A DNA stretch of 64,000 nucleotides from an uncultured delta proteobacterium (GTDB lineage: Bacteria > Myxococcota_A > Polyangia > Polyangiales > Houyiibacteriaceae), in contig CAVOVB010000010.1 of NCBI GenBank assembly GCA_963699755.1, positions 192,001 to 256,000 on the forward strand, given 5' to 3'. Positions within the stretch are counted from its first letter, which is position 1; each line of letters starts with the position of its first letter. Below are positions 1 through 10,295 of this stretch, one piece after another. Made by a program: the position numbers and the translations under genes. The notes beneath the pieces were generated by a model, which saw only the letters and a program-made list of their open reading frames with translations, did not search any database and was not told the origin of the DNA.

Positions 1-67
1 ACCAACAAGCCTTTGCGTAACTAGGCTGCCCCGAACGCCGAGCCAACCAGGAATCAGGAGTAGAGAG

Positions 68-1237
68 ATGAGTAAGATTGTCGTCGTAGATGCGGTTCGA
101 AGCGCCGTCGGGCGTGCGAAGAAGGGGTCCCTGGCCAACCGGCGTCCGGATGAGCTCGCGGGCGAGGTCGTGCGCAACCTGATGGCGCGAAACCCTAAAG
201 TCGATCCAAGCAGCGTCGAGGACCTCGTCCTCGGCTGTGCGTTCCCCGAGGGGGAGCAAGGCATGAACGTCGCCCGAATGGTCGGTAGGCTGGGTGGTCT
301 CCCCGAGGAGAGCTCGGGGATGACGATCAACCGCTTCTGCTCGAGTGGCCTTCAGGCGATCGCGTTGGCGGCCGGATCGGTGAAAGCGGGTTTCGATGAC
401 GTGGTCATCGCAGGCGGCATGGAGTCGATGACCATGGTGCCGATGACGGGCAACAAGCCGAGCATGTCGCCCGAGGTGATGGAGAAGTACCCTGAAACCT
501 ACACGCCGATGGGCATCACGGCGGAGAATGTCGCCAACCGCTTCAAGATCAGCCGCACGCAGCAAGACGAGTTCGCGGCGTGGAGCCATGAGAAGGCGCT
601 GGCCGCAATCGAGCGGGGTGCCTTTGAAAACGAGATCGTGCCCGTGCACGGCGTGACGTTCGACGACAACGGTGAGCGGCAGATGTTCGAGTTCAAGATC
701 GACGAGATGCCGCGGCCGGGGACCACGGTGGAAGCGCTTTCCAAGCTTCGGCCCGTGTTTGCTGCCAGCGGGAGCGTCACTGCCGGCAACTCGTCGCCGC
801 TCTCGGACGGCGCGGCCGCCGTCATCGTCATGAAGAAGAAGCGCGCCGAGAAGCTCGGCATCAAGCCGCTGGCGATCTTCAAATCGTTCGTGACGGTCGG
901 CGTCGACCCGTCGATCATGGGCATCGGCCCGCTCCCGGCAGTCCAAAAGCTCCTCCGCAAGAACGACCTGAAAATCGACGACATCGACGTGTTCGAAGTG
1001 AATGAGGCCTTCGCGAGCCAGGCGGTCTACGTCCAGAAGGAGCTCGGCATCCCGAACGACAAGCTGAACGTCAACGGCGGTGCCATCGCCCTAGGTCATC
1101 CCTTGGGCTGCACGGGCGCCAAGCTCACGGCCACGGCACTCAACGAGCTCAAGCGCCGAGGCGGCAAGTATGCGGTCGTCACGATGTGCATAGGCGGCGG
1201 CATGGGTGCCGCGGGCTTGTTCGAAGCCCTCGATTAG
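68..1237 (+). CDS. fadA: Acetyl-CoA C-acyltransferase (thiolase)
   Basis: Thiolase motifs NRFCSSG (active Cys), [13 protein letters not shown] and CIGGGMG; SD-like AGGAG upstream. Confidence 0.93.
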   Translation: MSKIVVVDAVRSAVGRAKKGSLANRRPDELAGEVVRNLMARNPKVDPSSVEDLVLGCAFPEGEQGMNVARMVGRLGGLPEESSGMTINRFCSSGLQAIALAAGSVKAGFDDVVIAGGMESMTMVPMTGNKPSMSPEVMEKYPETYTPMGITAENVANRFKISRTQQDEFAAWSHEKALAAIERGAFENEIVPVHGVTFDDNGERQMFEFKIDEMPRPGTTVEALSKLRPVFAASGSVTAGNSSPLSDGAAAVIVMKKKRAEKLGIKPLAIFKSFVTVGVDPSIMGIGPLPAVQKLLRKNDLKIDDIDVFEVNEAFASQAVYVQKELGIPNDKLNVNGGAIALGHPLGCTGAKLTATALNELKRRGGKYAVVTMCIGGGMGAAGLFEALD

Positions 1238-1252
1238 GTCAGGCCGGCCTCG

Positions 1253-3127
1253 CTATGAAGCGCTGTCCCCAGAGGCGAACGCGGCGCGATCCCTTGGGAT
1301 GCGCTCTTCTTCCTTGTCGAAACCAGTAGGCTCACTGCTTTCGCGGACCATGGACTTCGTAGGGGACGAGCGTTCACCCGAACTGGCGCGGAGGAACTGG
1401 CCCGCGCCCACGGTTCGGCCGATTTCGGGCAGGACCTCACCGTCCTCGACGACGAGGGTGCCGTTGACGAGGACCGCGGGCACGGCCTCCGGGTTCCGAC
1501 GCACGAGTCGAAGATAGTTGCCGAGCTCGGGGATTTTTTCTTCGTGGATTTCCTCGACGTGGTAGTCGAGGTGGGCGGGGTCAATGATGACCAGGTCGGC
1601 GCGCTTGCCTTCTTCGAGGGTTCCCGCTTCGATTTGGAACCATTCGCCAAGCTCGCCGGTGAGCTTGTGGACTGCCTTCTCGAGCGGCATGACGGGCTCG
1701 CCACGCTGCTCGGCATCCTTGACGAACCGGAGCATACGAAGCGGGAAGTTGTAGAAGGCCATGTTGCGAAGGTGCGCGCCCGCGTCCGAGAAGCCCAGCA
1801 AGTTGGAGTCGCTGTTCATCATCTTGGCCAGGGGTTTCGGCCTGTCGTTGCCGGTCACGGTGTACCAACGGAGCGTATTGCCATAGGCGATCACGAGATC
1901 GAGAAACGCATCCACCTCGGACTTGCCCTGCAAGACACCGATCTCGCGGAAAGTCTTTCCAATGAGCGAGCTGTCGGGGCAGTCCATGACCGTCGCCTTC
2001 CCGAAGTTTCGGTGGAACACTTTGGGGATCAGCGGGTTGTTCCATTGCCGGTTGAACTTGCGGCGGTAGCTCGGGTCTTGGAAGAGCTTCCGCCGTTCGG
2101 CCATCGTCTCGAGGTGAAGGCCTGCGGCGCCTGCCCCGAACTCTTCGAAGACGACGTTCTCGAAGCCATCGGCCCAGAGGTCGAACGGAACGGGCAAGAA
2201 CTGATATCGGAACTTCCCACGGAATACTTTGTTGACCGCCCAGCCAAGCCCTTGGAGTGCCCGCCAGATCAGACGGTTCGAGCGCAGATCCATGATCGAG
2301 ACGATGCTAGTCTTCAGCGCGTCTCGAACGAAGAGCCCGGCGCTGAAGGCCGCGTAGATGAAGATCTGGTACTTGGTCGAAACATTGGGGATCGCCTGCA
2401 GGTTCAAACCGTGCTCGCGAACGCCACGCACCATCCGTCGAAGCTCCTTCCACGACGCATAGGTCGAGGGAAGACACTTGCTGCGAAAGCGGTCGCCGCC
2501 CATTTTGTCCCAATAGAGGCCGTTGAGGGAGAGCCCGAGGAAGCCGGCGTCGTAGCCCTCTTCGATGACCTCTTCCATCTTCTCGAGCTCCGCTTCGGTC
2601 GCCTTCGCCTTTGCGTCGAGGGCGCGCTCGAGGCCCATCGCTTGGGCCCGGACCGCGGAGTACCCCACGAACGAAGCCACGTTGGGACCGAGCGGAAGGC
2701 TATTGAGGTGGTCGACATACTCGGCGTGCGTCTCCCAGGTCTTTCTCTCCGTCATGAGGGGGAGCAGATGCTCGTAGGGGATAGCCTCGACGCGCGTGAA
2801 CATGTCGGCGATGTCGATCGGGTCGCCCACCGCGACGCTGAGCGAGCAGCTCCCCATGAACACCGTGGTGACACCGTGACGCAGCGATTCATGCAGCGAG
2901 GGTATCGCCTCGACCTCGGCGTCATAGTGCGTGTGGATGTCGATGAAGCCGGGCATGATCCATTTGCCTTCGGCGTCGATGACCTTGGCGTCTGCGGGGG
3001 CCGGAATCTCACCGTCCGCGATCTTCACGACGCGGCCGTTCGACACTTTCAGATTCTTGGTCGCGGCGGGGCTCCCCTTTCCGTCGAAGAAGCGCCCGTT
3101 CTTGATGATGATGTCTTGTTTCTGCAT
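1253..3127 (-). CDS. N-acyl-D-amino-acid deacylase-like amidohydrolase
   Basis: PGFIDIHTHYD metal-binding motif, GVTT, SDAGAH and C-terminal GKRADLVIIDP. Confidence 0.85.
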   Translation of the reverse strand: MQKQDIIIKNGRFFDGKGSPAATKNLKVSNGRVVKIADGEIPAPADAKVIDAEGKWIMPGFIDIHTHYDAEVEAIPSLHESLRHGVTTVFMGSCSLSVAVGDPIDIADMFTRVEAIPYEHLLPLMTERKTWETHAEYVDHLNSLPLGPNVASFVGYSAVRAQAMGLERALDAKAKATEAELEKMEEVIEEGYDAGFLGLSLNGLYWDKMGGDRFRSKCLPSTYASWKELRRMVRGVREHGLNLQAIPNVSTKYQIFIYAAFSAGLFVRDALKTSIVSIMDLRSNRLIWRALQGLGWAVNKVFRGKFRYQFLPVPFDLWADGFENVVFEEFGAGAAGLHLETMAERRKLFQDPSYRRKFNRQWNNPLIPKVFHRNFGKATVMDCPDSSLIGKTFREIGVLQGKSEVDAFLDLVIAYGNTLRWYTVTGNDRPKPLAKMMNSDSNLLGFSDAGAHLRNMAFYNFPLRMLRFVKDAEQRGEPVMPLEKAVHKLTGELGEWFQIEAGTLEEGKRADLVIIDPAHLDYHVEEIHEEKIPELGNYLRLVRRNPEAVPAVLVNGTLVVEDGEVLPEIGRTVGAGQFLRASSGERSSPTKSMVRESSEPTGFDKEEERIPRDRAAFASGDSAS

Positions 3128-3199
3128 TGGCGTGCTCCGGTTTCCAAACCCATCGTCGGCGGTACGCGTTCATGGATGATGGCACTATCGGGCTGCCGC

Positions 3200-3238
3200 A
3201 ACTTGACTTTTCACGACAAACTTTTATCTTTTCGCGAC
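3200..3238. promoter_or_regulatory. Tandem direct repeat with 21-bp period, putative AraC-family binding site
   Basis: CTTTTCACGAC (3207-3217) and CTTTTCGCGAC (3228-3238) in the AT-rich gap between the divergent amidohydrolase and AraC genes. Confidence 0.55.
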
Positions 3239-3251
3239 TGGAGGCGTGCCG

Positions 3252-4247
3252 ATGTCGATGGTTCGCGCGTCCGCGTTGAGCGGGTACCGAGAGCTGGTGG
3301 ACGAGCTCGGCGGGCAAGCGGAGCCTCTGCTCCAGCGGTTTCGGATCCCCGCGTCCGCTTTGGTCGAGCCCCAAGGCTTCGTGAGCTACGGGTCGCTGAT
3401 TCGGCTCTTGGAAGGGACCGCCAAAGAGCTCGACTGCAAGGACTTCGGCCTCCGTCTCTCGACCCGGCAGGACCTCGGCATCCTCGGTCCTCTCGGTGTC
3501 GCCGTGCGCAACTGCGAGACCCTTGGCGAAGCGATGCAGTGCGCTTCGCGGTACATGTTCGTCCACAGTCCGGCAATCTCGTTTACCCCCCAAGTGGCAG
3601 AACGGAACGACCGCGTCCTGCTGGTCTTTCGAATTCTTCTCGATCAGAAGCATGGCTCCACCACCCAAGTCACCGAGCTAAGCATCGGGCTGGCGGCGCG
3701 GATCATCGCCATGCTCACCCGAGAGGCAGAGCCACTGGTCGGCGTTCGATTTCGCCATGCGCGTTGCGCCCCCGTGGCGAGCTACGGGGCGCACTTCCGC
3801 GCGCCCGTCTCTTTTTCGTCGGCGGTCTCGGCCGTCGAAATCGACATGCGCACCCTGGGGTTGGCGATTCATGACGCCAGCCTTCAGCTCCGAGAGCTCG
3901 CCGAGGACTACCTCGAGCTCCGGCACGCCGATCCGCACACCCCCCTTTCCATTCGCGTGCGCCTCGTGATTCAGCGCTCACTCGGCACCGGGGCCGCATC
4001 CTGTGTGGATGTCGCGTCGGCGTTTGCCCTTCATCCGCGCACACTGCAGCGCCAGCTCCGCCGGGAAGGCACGACATTCGAACGGCTCAAGGACGAAGTG
4101 CGGTCGGAGCTCGCACGCGCCTACATCGAGAATCCGGAGCTTCCCCTGTGCCAGGTCGCGGCGCTCCTGGACTACAGCGAGCAATCCGCACTCACGCGAA
4201 GCTGCCGACGCTGGTTCGGTCAGGCGCCAAGGCAGCTCCGGACCTAG
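3252..4247 (+). CDS. AraC-family transcriptional regulator (N-terminal ligand-binding domain, C-terminal HTH)
   Basis: HTH region LHPRTLQRQL...VAALLDYSEQSALTRSCRRWFGQAP; GAGG at 3241-3244 supports ATG 3252. Confidence 0.9.
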   Translation: MSMVRASALSGYRELVDELGGQAEPLLQRFRIPASALVEPQGFVSYGSLIRLLEGTAKELDCKDFGLRLSTRQDLGILGPLGVAVRNCETLGEAMQCASRYMFVHSPAISFTPQVAERNDRVLLVFRILLDQKHGSTTQVTELSIGLAARIIAMLTREAEPLVGVRFRHARCAPVASYGAHFRAPVSFSSAVSAVEIDMRTLGLAIHDASLQLRELAEDYLELRHADPHTPLSIRVRLVIQRSLGTGAASCVDVASAFALHPRTLQRQLRREGTTFERLKDEVRSELARAYIENPELPLCQVAALLDYSEQSALTRSCRRWFGQAPRQLRT

Positions 4248-4277
4248 CACTTGGACCGCCAAGGGACGCGGCGCGCG

Positions 4278-4718
4278 CTACCAGCTACCCGTGTTCTCCA
4301 TCGAAGCCCAGGGCTCTTTCGGCTCCAACGGATCCCCCTTCTGGAGTAACTCGATCGAGATCCCATCGGGCGATCGAATGAATGCCATCCGCCCATCGCG
4401 AGGCGGACGGTTGATCGTGACGCCAGCATCCATCAGGTCACGACACAGTTTGTAGATGTCTCTCGTTTCAAACGCGAGATGCCCAAAATTGCGACCGCCC
4501 GTGTATCGCTCGGGTTCCCAGTTATAGGTGAGCTCGATGAGCGGGGAGGCTTCGCCGATCGCGCGCCCCCGGTCTTCTGGCGCCACCAGAAAGACGAGCG
4601 TGTACCGCCCCGCTGCACTCTCATGCCTCCGATGCTCGAGCAGGCCAAGCTTGTTGCAGTAGAAGTCGAGCGACGCATCGATGTCGCTCACCCGGATCAT
4701 CGTGTGCAAATAGCGCAT
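4278..4718 (-). CDS. gloA: Lactoylglutathione lyase (VOC/glyoxalase I)
   Basis: HTMIRV, ELTYNW, GHLAF and SPDGISIEL motifs; start moved to MRYLH at 4718. Confidence 0.88.
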   Translation of the reverse strand: MRYLHTMIRVSDIDASLDFYCNKLGLLEHRRHESAAGRYTLVFLVAPEDRGRAIGEASPLIELTYNWEPERYTGGRNFGHLAFETRDIYKLCRDLMDAGVTINRPPRDGRMAFIRSPDGISIELLQKGDPLEPKEPWASMENTGSW

Positions 4719-4807
4719 GGAGTGGATTCTAGCGCCCTCCCTGGCCCTGTCACTGACGCGGCCATTCGCGCTGGCGCTGTCACGGGCGGTAGGCCAGACT
4801 CCGCCCA

Positions 4808-6217
4808 ATGGCCAACGACTTTGAAGCAATCGTCATCGGCGGGGGCCCCGGCGGCTACGTCGCTGCCATCCGGCTCGGACAGCTCGGGGTGAAAACACTC
4901 TGTGTCGAAAAAGAGTTCATGGGCGGGGTCTGCCTGAACTGGGGCTGCATCCCGTCCAAGGCCCTGATCGCCGCAGCGAATCTTGCCGACAAGGTTCGAA
5001 ACGCCGGTCACATGGGCATCGCGGTCAAAGACCTCGAGGTAGACGTCGCCAAGATGCAGGAGTGGAAGGAAGGCATCGTCAAGAAGCTCACCGGTGGCGT
5101 CTCGAGCCTGGTGAAGGGCAACGGCGGCACCATCGCCATGGGAACAGCGACCATCAGTGGGCCCAACACCGTCGAGGTGAGGAGCTCCGACGGCAAGCGC
5201 GAAACCTACACAGCGAGCAAGGGCATCATCGTCGCAACCGGTACGAACATGATTCAGATCCCGGGCTTCGATCCGGATGGAGACGTCGTGATCACCGCAC
5301 GCGAGGCGGTGAGCCTTCAGAGCGCGCCGCAAAGCATGCTGATCATCGGCGGAGGAGTTATCGGGCTCGAGCTCGGGATGGTATATCAGAAGCTAGGGAC
5401 CAAGATCACCGTGGTGGAGCTGATGGACCAGTTGCTTCCCGGAACTGATTCCGACCTCGTCAAAGTCGTCCAGAAACACCTCGAGAAAGCTGGCGCCGAC
5501 ATATACCTCAAGAGCAAGGCGGTGAAGCTCGAGAAGAGTGGCGGCCGCGCCAAGGTGACCATTGAAACCGGCGGCAAGCAGCGAGTCGTCGAAGCCGAGA
5601 AGGTACTCGTCGCCGTAGGCTTCAAGCCCAATTCCGCTGGCCTCGGCCTCGAAGGTGTCGGCGTGAAGCTCGATGCTCGCGGCCACATCGCGGTCGATGA
5701 TCAAATGCGCACGAACGTGACGTCGATCTACGCCATTGGCGACGTCGCGGGGATGCCCTACCTCGCGCACAAGGCTTCCAAAGAGGGTGAAATCGCCGCC
5801 GAGGTCATCGCGGGCCACAAGGCGGCGCGCGACTACCGCGGAATGCCCGCTGCAATCTTCACGGACCCCGAAATCGCAACTGTCGGCCTCACCGAAGCCG
5901 AGGCCAAAGCGCGGGGCAAGAAGGTGAAGATCGGGAAGTTTCCCTTCGCCGCGTCCGGGCGCGCGATGGCTGTGAGTGAGACCGACGGCTTCATCAAAGT
6001 CATCATCGACGAAACAGACCATCAGCTGCTCGGCGTCGCCATCGTCGGACCAGAAGCAAGCGACCTCATCAGCGAATCGGCGCTCGCCCTCGAGATGTGC
6101 GCGTTTGCAGAAGATGTCGCGCTTACCGTGCATCCTCACCCCACCCTCGGCGAAGGCGTCATGGAAGCGTTCAAGCATGCCTTGGGCGAAGCGGTTCACA
6201 TCATGAATCGCTCTTAG
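4808..6217 (+). CDS. lpdA: Dihydrolipoyl dehydrogenase
   Basis: GGGPGGY FAD motif, redox disulfide [10 protein letters not shown] and HPTLGE. Confidence 0.96.
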   Translation: MANDFEAIVIGGGPGGYVAAIRLGQLGVKTLCVEKEFMGGVCLNWGCIPSKALIAAANLADKVRNAGHMGIAVKDLEVDVAKMQEWKEGIVKKLTGGVSSLVKGNGGTIAMGTATISGPNTVEVRSSDGKRETYTASKGIIVATGTNMIQIPGFDPDGDVVITAREAVSLQSAPQSMLIIGGGVIGLELGMVYQKLGTKITVVELMDQLLPGTDSDLVKVVQKHLEKAGADIYLKSKAVKLEKSGGRAKVTIETGGKQRVVEAEKVLVAVGFKPNSAGLGLEGVGVKLDARGHIAVDDQMRTNVTSIYAIGDVAGMPYLAHKASKEGEIAAEVIAGHKAARDYRGMPAAIFTDPEIATVGLTEAEAKARGKKVKIGKFPFAASGRAMAVSETDGFIKVIIDETDHQLLGVAIVGPEASDLISESALALEMCAFAEDVALTVHPHPTLGEGVMEAFKHALGEAVHIMNRS

Positions 6218-6221
6218 AACC

Positions 6222-6890
6222 GTGCTGTTCTGCCGCCTCGGAACTGTCGACTACGCAGAAGCGCATCGCGTTCAGAAGGAGCTACAGAGCAAACGGATTG
6301 CTGGCGAGATCGGCGACACCGTCCTGCTGCTCGAGCACCCGCCGGTCTTGACGATGGGACGCTCCGCCAAGGAGCAGCACGTGTTGGCACCACGCGAGGC
6401 ACTCGAAGCGCGAGGGATCTCAGTCCACCATGTCGGGCGCGGTGGAGACGTGACCTATCACGGGCCGGGACAACTGGTTGCCTATCCGATCATCGACCTC
6501 AAGCCCGACCGGAAGGACGTCCGCAAGTACGTCTCGTCACTCGAAGAGGCCATGATTCGGAGCTGCGCCGAGTTCGGTTTGACGGCGGCGCGTGTCGAGG
6601 GACTCAACGGCGCCTGGATAGGCGATCGCAAGGTGGGCGCGGTCGGCGTGAGGATCAGCCGATGGGTCACGATGCACGGCCTCGCGCTCAACGTGAACAG
6701 CGACCTCCGCCACTTCGAGATGATCGTACCCTGCGGGATCGCGGACAAGGGGGTGACCTCTCTTTGCTCGGAGCTCGGCCGCCCAGTCCACGTAAGCGAC
6801 GTGATCGAACCACTTGCGCGACATTTCGCCAAGCTCTACGACGCCGAGATCGAGTGGCAGGACGGGCTGCCGAGAGGGCTCAGCTCCTGA
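6222..6890 (+). CDS. lipB: Lipoyl(octanoyl) transferase
   Basis: LLEHPPV, RGGDVTYHGPGQ, HGLALN and IVPCGI motifs. Confidence 0.95.
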   Translation: MLFCRLGTVDYAEAHRVQKELQSKRIAGEIGDTVLLLEHPPVLTMGRSAKEQHVLAPREALEARGISVHHVGRGGDVTYHGPGQLVAYPIIDLKPDRKDVRKYVSSLEEAMIRSCAEFGLTAARVEGLNGAWIGDRKVGAVGVRISRWVTMHGLALNVNSDLRHFEMIVPCGIADKGVTSLCSELGRPVHVSDVIEPLARHFAKLYDAEIEWQDGLPRGLSS

Positions 6891-7926
6891 GGAAGTATTT
6901 GATTGCGCTCTGACCTATTGCGGTGGTACCGGCACCCGCGACCCCGGCTGAGACGACATTGCCCGCGCCCGGGACGAGCTTCGCAATCGTCTGCGCCGAG
7001 AAGCGCAGGCCCATTCCAATGGCGCCGACCAAACCAAGGCTGCCGAGAAACTCGGCGACCGTGTTCTTGCCCCAGCTGCGGCCGCTCAGGTACGCTAGAG
7101 AGCTCACCATCATCGCTTGCAGCGGGCCGAGCAGAACCATATCGGAAAACGGGATCGGCGTGACACCCACGGTGACCGAAACAGCCGTGCAGGCTTGGAC
7201 GATTTCATTTCCGATTCGAATGCGCGCTTCTTTGGCGCGCGTGAGCGCCCTCGCCGCTTCGAGTCGGGTCTCCTCCGGCAGCGCGAGAATCATCGCCTCG
7301 GAAAGCCCTTCGAGGCCGTGTCCGCTGATCGCCGACAGGGCGCGTGGCGGATCGGCGTGGAGCCCCCAATCCCTGATTTTCGCCTCGAGCTCGTTGCGCG
7401 CCGCGTCCACAGCAGCATCTCCTCTCTCGATCAAATCCGAGTGGGTGAGCAGCGGGAACACCCGCAAGGCCTTGACCCCTTTGGGAAGGTCGGGAAGCAA
7501 GCTCTTGGCCCGATCGACGATCGGTTTCGCATCGGGCAGATTGCGGGGCTCGAAGGTGAGAAGCACCAGGTCGGGCGTTTCCTTCTCGAGCGCAGTCTTC
7601 CACTGTGCCCGCGCCCTTGGATCGTCCAAGTCGATCTCCAGCCAGTCGATCTTCGCTCCCTCGTGCTCGAGGTGTACCCACTGCCCGTGCTCCGCGTCCA
7701 AGGCGCCGCGCCCCGGCTGCCGTTCGATGAGGGAGCGGAGCAGCGTGGATCTGCCGCTACTCGCAAGCCCCAAGGCGACGATCCGCGGCGGTCGCCGACG
7801 GTAGAGCAACGAACGAAGGGCGCTCAGATCGCTTTTCACAGCCGACACCAGGGGCACTCGATCGAGAACTTTGACGAGTTGGTCCAACGCGACTTCTTTG
7901 GCGCGATCCTTCATTGCTTGATTCAT
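6880..7926 (-). CDS. Degenerate GTPase-like domain plus DUF697-like C-terminal domain
   Basis: P-loop-like GLASSGRST; C-terminal TPIPFSD...Q...KLVPGAG typical of DUF697/YcjF-like domains. Confidence 0.65.
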   Translation of the reverse strand: MNQAMKDRAKEVALDQLVKVLDRVPLVSAVKSDLSALRSLLYRRRPPRIVALGLASSGRSTLLRSLIERQPGRGALDAEHGQWVHLEHEGAKIDWLEIDLDDPRARAQWKTALEKETPDLVLLTFEPRNLPDAKPIVDRAKSLLPDLPKGVKALRVFPLLTHSDLIERGDAAVDAARNELEAKIRDWGLHADPPRALSAISGHGLEGLSEAMILALPEETRLEAARALTRAKEARIRIGNEIVQACTAVSVTVGVTPIPFSDMVLLGPLQAMMVSSLAYLSGRSWGKNTVAEFLGSLGLVGAIGMGLRFSAQTIAKLVPGAGNVVSAGVAGAGTTAIGQSAIKYFLRS

Positions 7927-7984
7927 TCTTCTTGCAGTCTATGCGCGCAAGCCGAGTCGTGTTAACGTCGTATTGGGGTAGCTG

Positions 7985-9148
7985 GTGAGGGCGGATTGGC
8001 TCAGTGCTTTAGAGGACGTCGGGGGGCGTCTGGTGCTGGCAGCACGGGATTTCTTGCTCTCACAGCCCCCTCCTTTGCCCGAGAAGGGGGCCTCGGGTGT
8101 GCGCTGGCTTGCGGCCCAGCTGGAGGATTTCGTCGATCGCGACAGCGATGAAGCCGAAGACGATCGCTTCATCGAGGGTGCGGGCGCAGTTCTCGGCCTG
8201 CTGCTGATCGAACACCTCGGCGGCAGGACGCGTGAGCGTGATGGCTGCCATCGCGTGCAACTTGGGCGATTTGGCTGGTTCGACCCCTTTGCCGCGATTG
8301 AGGAGATCCTCGATTCGGACGACCCACGAGGCCGTCTGTCCGAGTATCTTTCGGTTGCGACGCGCGAAGCTGAGTCCACCGGCCCTGTTTCGCGTGTGGT
8401 TCGTGTGTTCGCGGACGAGTTGCGGCGGGCACGGCCAGACCTCGACATCGAGTCGCAGTTTGCGCTGACGGTCGACCTCAACAATGGCGCGACAGTCGAT
8501 TTGGCGCGCCTGGAACGGGTCGCGCGCGACCAGGACGACGTGGCGGCGCGCGAAGCCGCACGACGCATCATCAGCATGCTTCCAGGCTCCGAGACGCATG
8601 AAGCGACTCCCTGGGATGAAGTGACCCCTCGGTTGCTGCCACGGCTGGTCTCCCAGAAGTTCCTCGAGCGCCTGCCGCCCGAGCAGGGCTTGCATCTGCA
8701 AGCCATCGGGCACGATGTGTGCTTGACCCTTCAGCTCCGCTACGGAACGCGCGCGCGCTACGTGCGCCAGAGTGAGGTCGACGCGTGGGCGGTCGCGCGA
8801 TCGCTCGAGCCGGCCAAGATCCGTCAGCGGGCGATCGACAACCTCCTTGCCAAGTCGCGTTCATTGCGCCTCGAACGAGCCGGTTGCGATATTCTGCGTG
8901 TGCGTCATGGTGACGGCTTGGACGGTGCGCGGCTGCTCGTTCCCGATCTCGCCGGCCGACTCGAGGGCATCGCCTCGGGCGAGTGGCTGGCTGCAGCGCC
9001 GCATCGCGATCTGCTGCTGCTGGGACCCGCGCACACGCTCGCCGCGCTTTCCAAGCAGGCCGAGGACGCCGCCCAGCGCGCGCCCCATCCGATTTCCGCG
9101 TCGCTCTTTGCAGTTACGGCCGAAGGCCCTCGTCCGCTGCAACCCTAG
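7985..9148 (+). CDS. Hypothetical protein with DUF1444 (YtpQ)-like C-terminal region
   Basis: LLPRL, DGLDGARLL, APHRDLLL and HPISASLF resemble DUF1444 motifs as I recall them. Confidence 0.55.
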   Translation: MRADWLSALEDVGGRLVLAARDFLLSQPPPLPEKGASGVRWLAAQLEDFVDRDSDEAEDDRFIEGAGAVLGLLLIEHLGGRTRERDGCHRVQLGRFGWFDPFAAIEEILDSDDPRGRLSEYLSVATREAESTGPVSRVVRVFADELRRARPDLDIESQFALTVDLNNGATVDLARLERVARDQDDVAAREAARRIISMLPGSETHEATPWDEVTPRLLPRLVSQKFLERLPPEQGLHLQAIGHDVCLTLQLRYGTRARYVRQSEVDAWAVARSLEPAKIRQRAIDNLLAKSRSLRLERAGCDILRVRHGDGLDGARLLVPDLAGRLEGIASGEWLAAAPHRDLLLLGPAHTLAALSKQAEDAAQRAPHPISASLFAVTAEGPRPLQP

Positions 9149-9159
9149 CGGATTCCGTA

Positions 9160-10233
9160 TCAGAACCGGGAGGGGTCGAGCGGCATGGCGCCCATGTCGA
9201 AGGGCGTGTCCGCCGTTGCTTCGGCAAACTTGGCGAGCTCGTCGGCGAGGAGCGTAGTCACCTGCGGCACACGAGTCCGCCGGCCTCTGTCGGCACGATG
9301 CTGCAGCACCGCAGCGGTGACCCGTTTCGGGCCGACGTCCCATTGCTTGCGCTCGGTCAACTGCCGGAGAAGCGAGGCGAGCACGGCCGCGTCGTTGAGT
9401 CGATCGTCCGGGTCCTTGGTAATCAACTTGCGTACGATGGCATCGGCCTCTTCACCTTCTTGCATCGTTCCTGCGAGCGCGGGCACTTCGCAGCGCGCAA
9501 TCGCCCGAATCGTTTCGCGCTCGCCGCGACCGCCGAACAAGGGGCGACCCGCCAACATCTCCCAAAAGACCACTCCGAGAGCAAACAGGTCAGCTCGATG
9601 ATCGCTGTCCTCGCGACGGATCACCTCCGGCGGGAGATAGCCGAGCTTGCCTCCAATCATGTCCTCGCCCCGCACGTGCTCGTGTACCGTGGCGTCAGCG
9701 AGACCGAAATCGGTGAGCTTGACCGCCCCGTCTACACCGAGGAGCACGTTCTGCGGTGAGACGTCCCGGTGCACGATCGCGAGCCCACGCCCAGTCGCGT
9801 CTCGGGCCCGATGCGCGTACGCCAGCGCTTTGGCGAGCTCTTGAACGACGTACACGGCGAACGGCACGCCCATCGAGCGCTTCGCGCCGTGCGCAGCGCG
9901 TGTGAGCGACCGCAGCGACTCTCCCTCGACGAGCTCCATCACCATGATGTACGTCCCGTCGATATCGCGCGCGTCGTAGACGCGAACGATGTTGGGATGG
10001 CGCAACAGCATCCCTAGTCGAGCCTCGTCGAGGAACATCGTGCGGAACAAGGTGTCCGCAATAGAAGGGATGACGCGCTTGATCGCAACCGGGTGCTTGC
10101 CCCCATCATCGAAGATCGCATTCGCCCGCCATACCTCCGCCATGCCGCCGACTGCGATCCGTTGGGTGGGCTCGTAGCGCGTAGGCGCCCTACGCAGCTC
10201 CATTGACAGATTGGGTTGCGGCTTCAGCCCCAT
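9160..10233 (-). CDS. Hanks-type Ser/Thr protein kinase
   Basis: GGMAEV, VAIK, HRDVSPQN, DFG and GKLGYLPPE; the start could be 10203. Confidence 0.93.
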   Translation of the reverse strand: MGLKPQPNLSMELRRAPTRYEPTQRIAVGGMAEVWRANAIFDDGGKHPVAIKRVIPSIADTLFRTMFLDEARLGMLLRHPNIVRVYDARDIDGTYIMVMELVEGESLRSLTRAAHGAKRSMGVPFAVYVVQELAKALAYAHRARDATGRGLAIVHRDVSPQNVLLGVDGAVKLTDFGLADATVHEHVRGEDMIGGKLGYLPPEVIRREDSDHRADLFALGVVFWEMLAGRPLFGGRGERETIRAIARCEVPALAGTMQEGEEADAIVRKLITKDPDDRLNDAAVLASLLRQLTERKQWDVGPKRVTAAVLQHRADRGRRTRVPQVTTLLADELAKFAEATADTPFDMGAMPLDPSRF

Positions 10234-10295
10234 GATGCGAGCGTGGCAAACTGTCCGGAACGCGTCAAACTACGTTCCTTCGCGAGCGCTCCATC

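Noticed and set aside
1544..3874. Long antisense or alternative-frame ORFs (also 32554-35013, 26075-27337, 56905-58230 and others)
   Set aside because: Shadow frames of well-supported genes, typical of high-GC DNA; no motifs.
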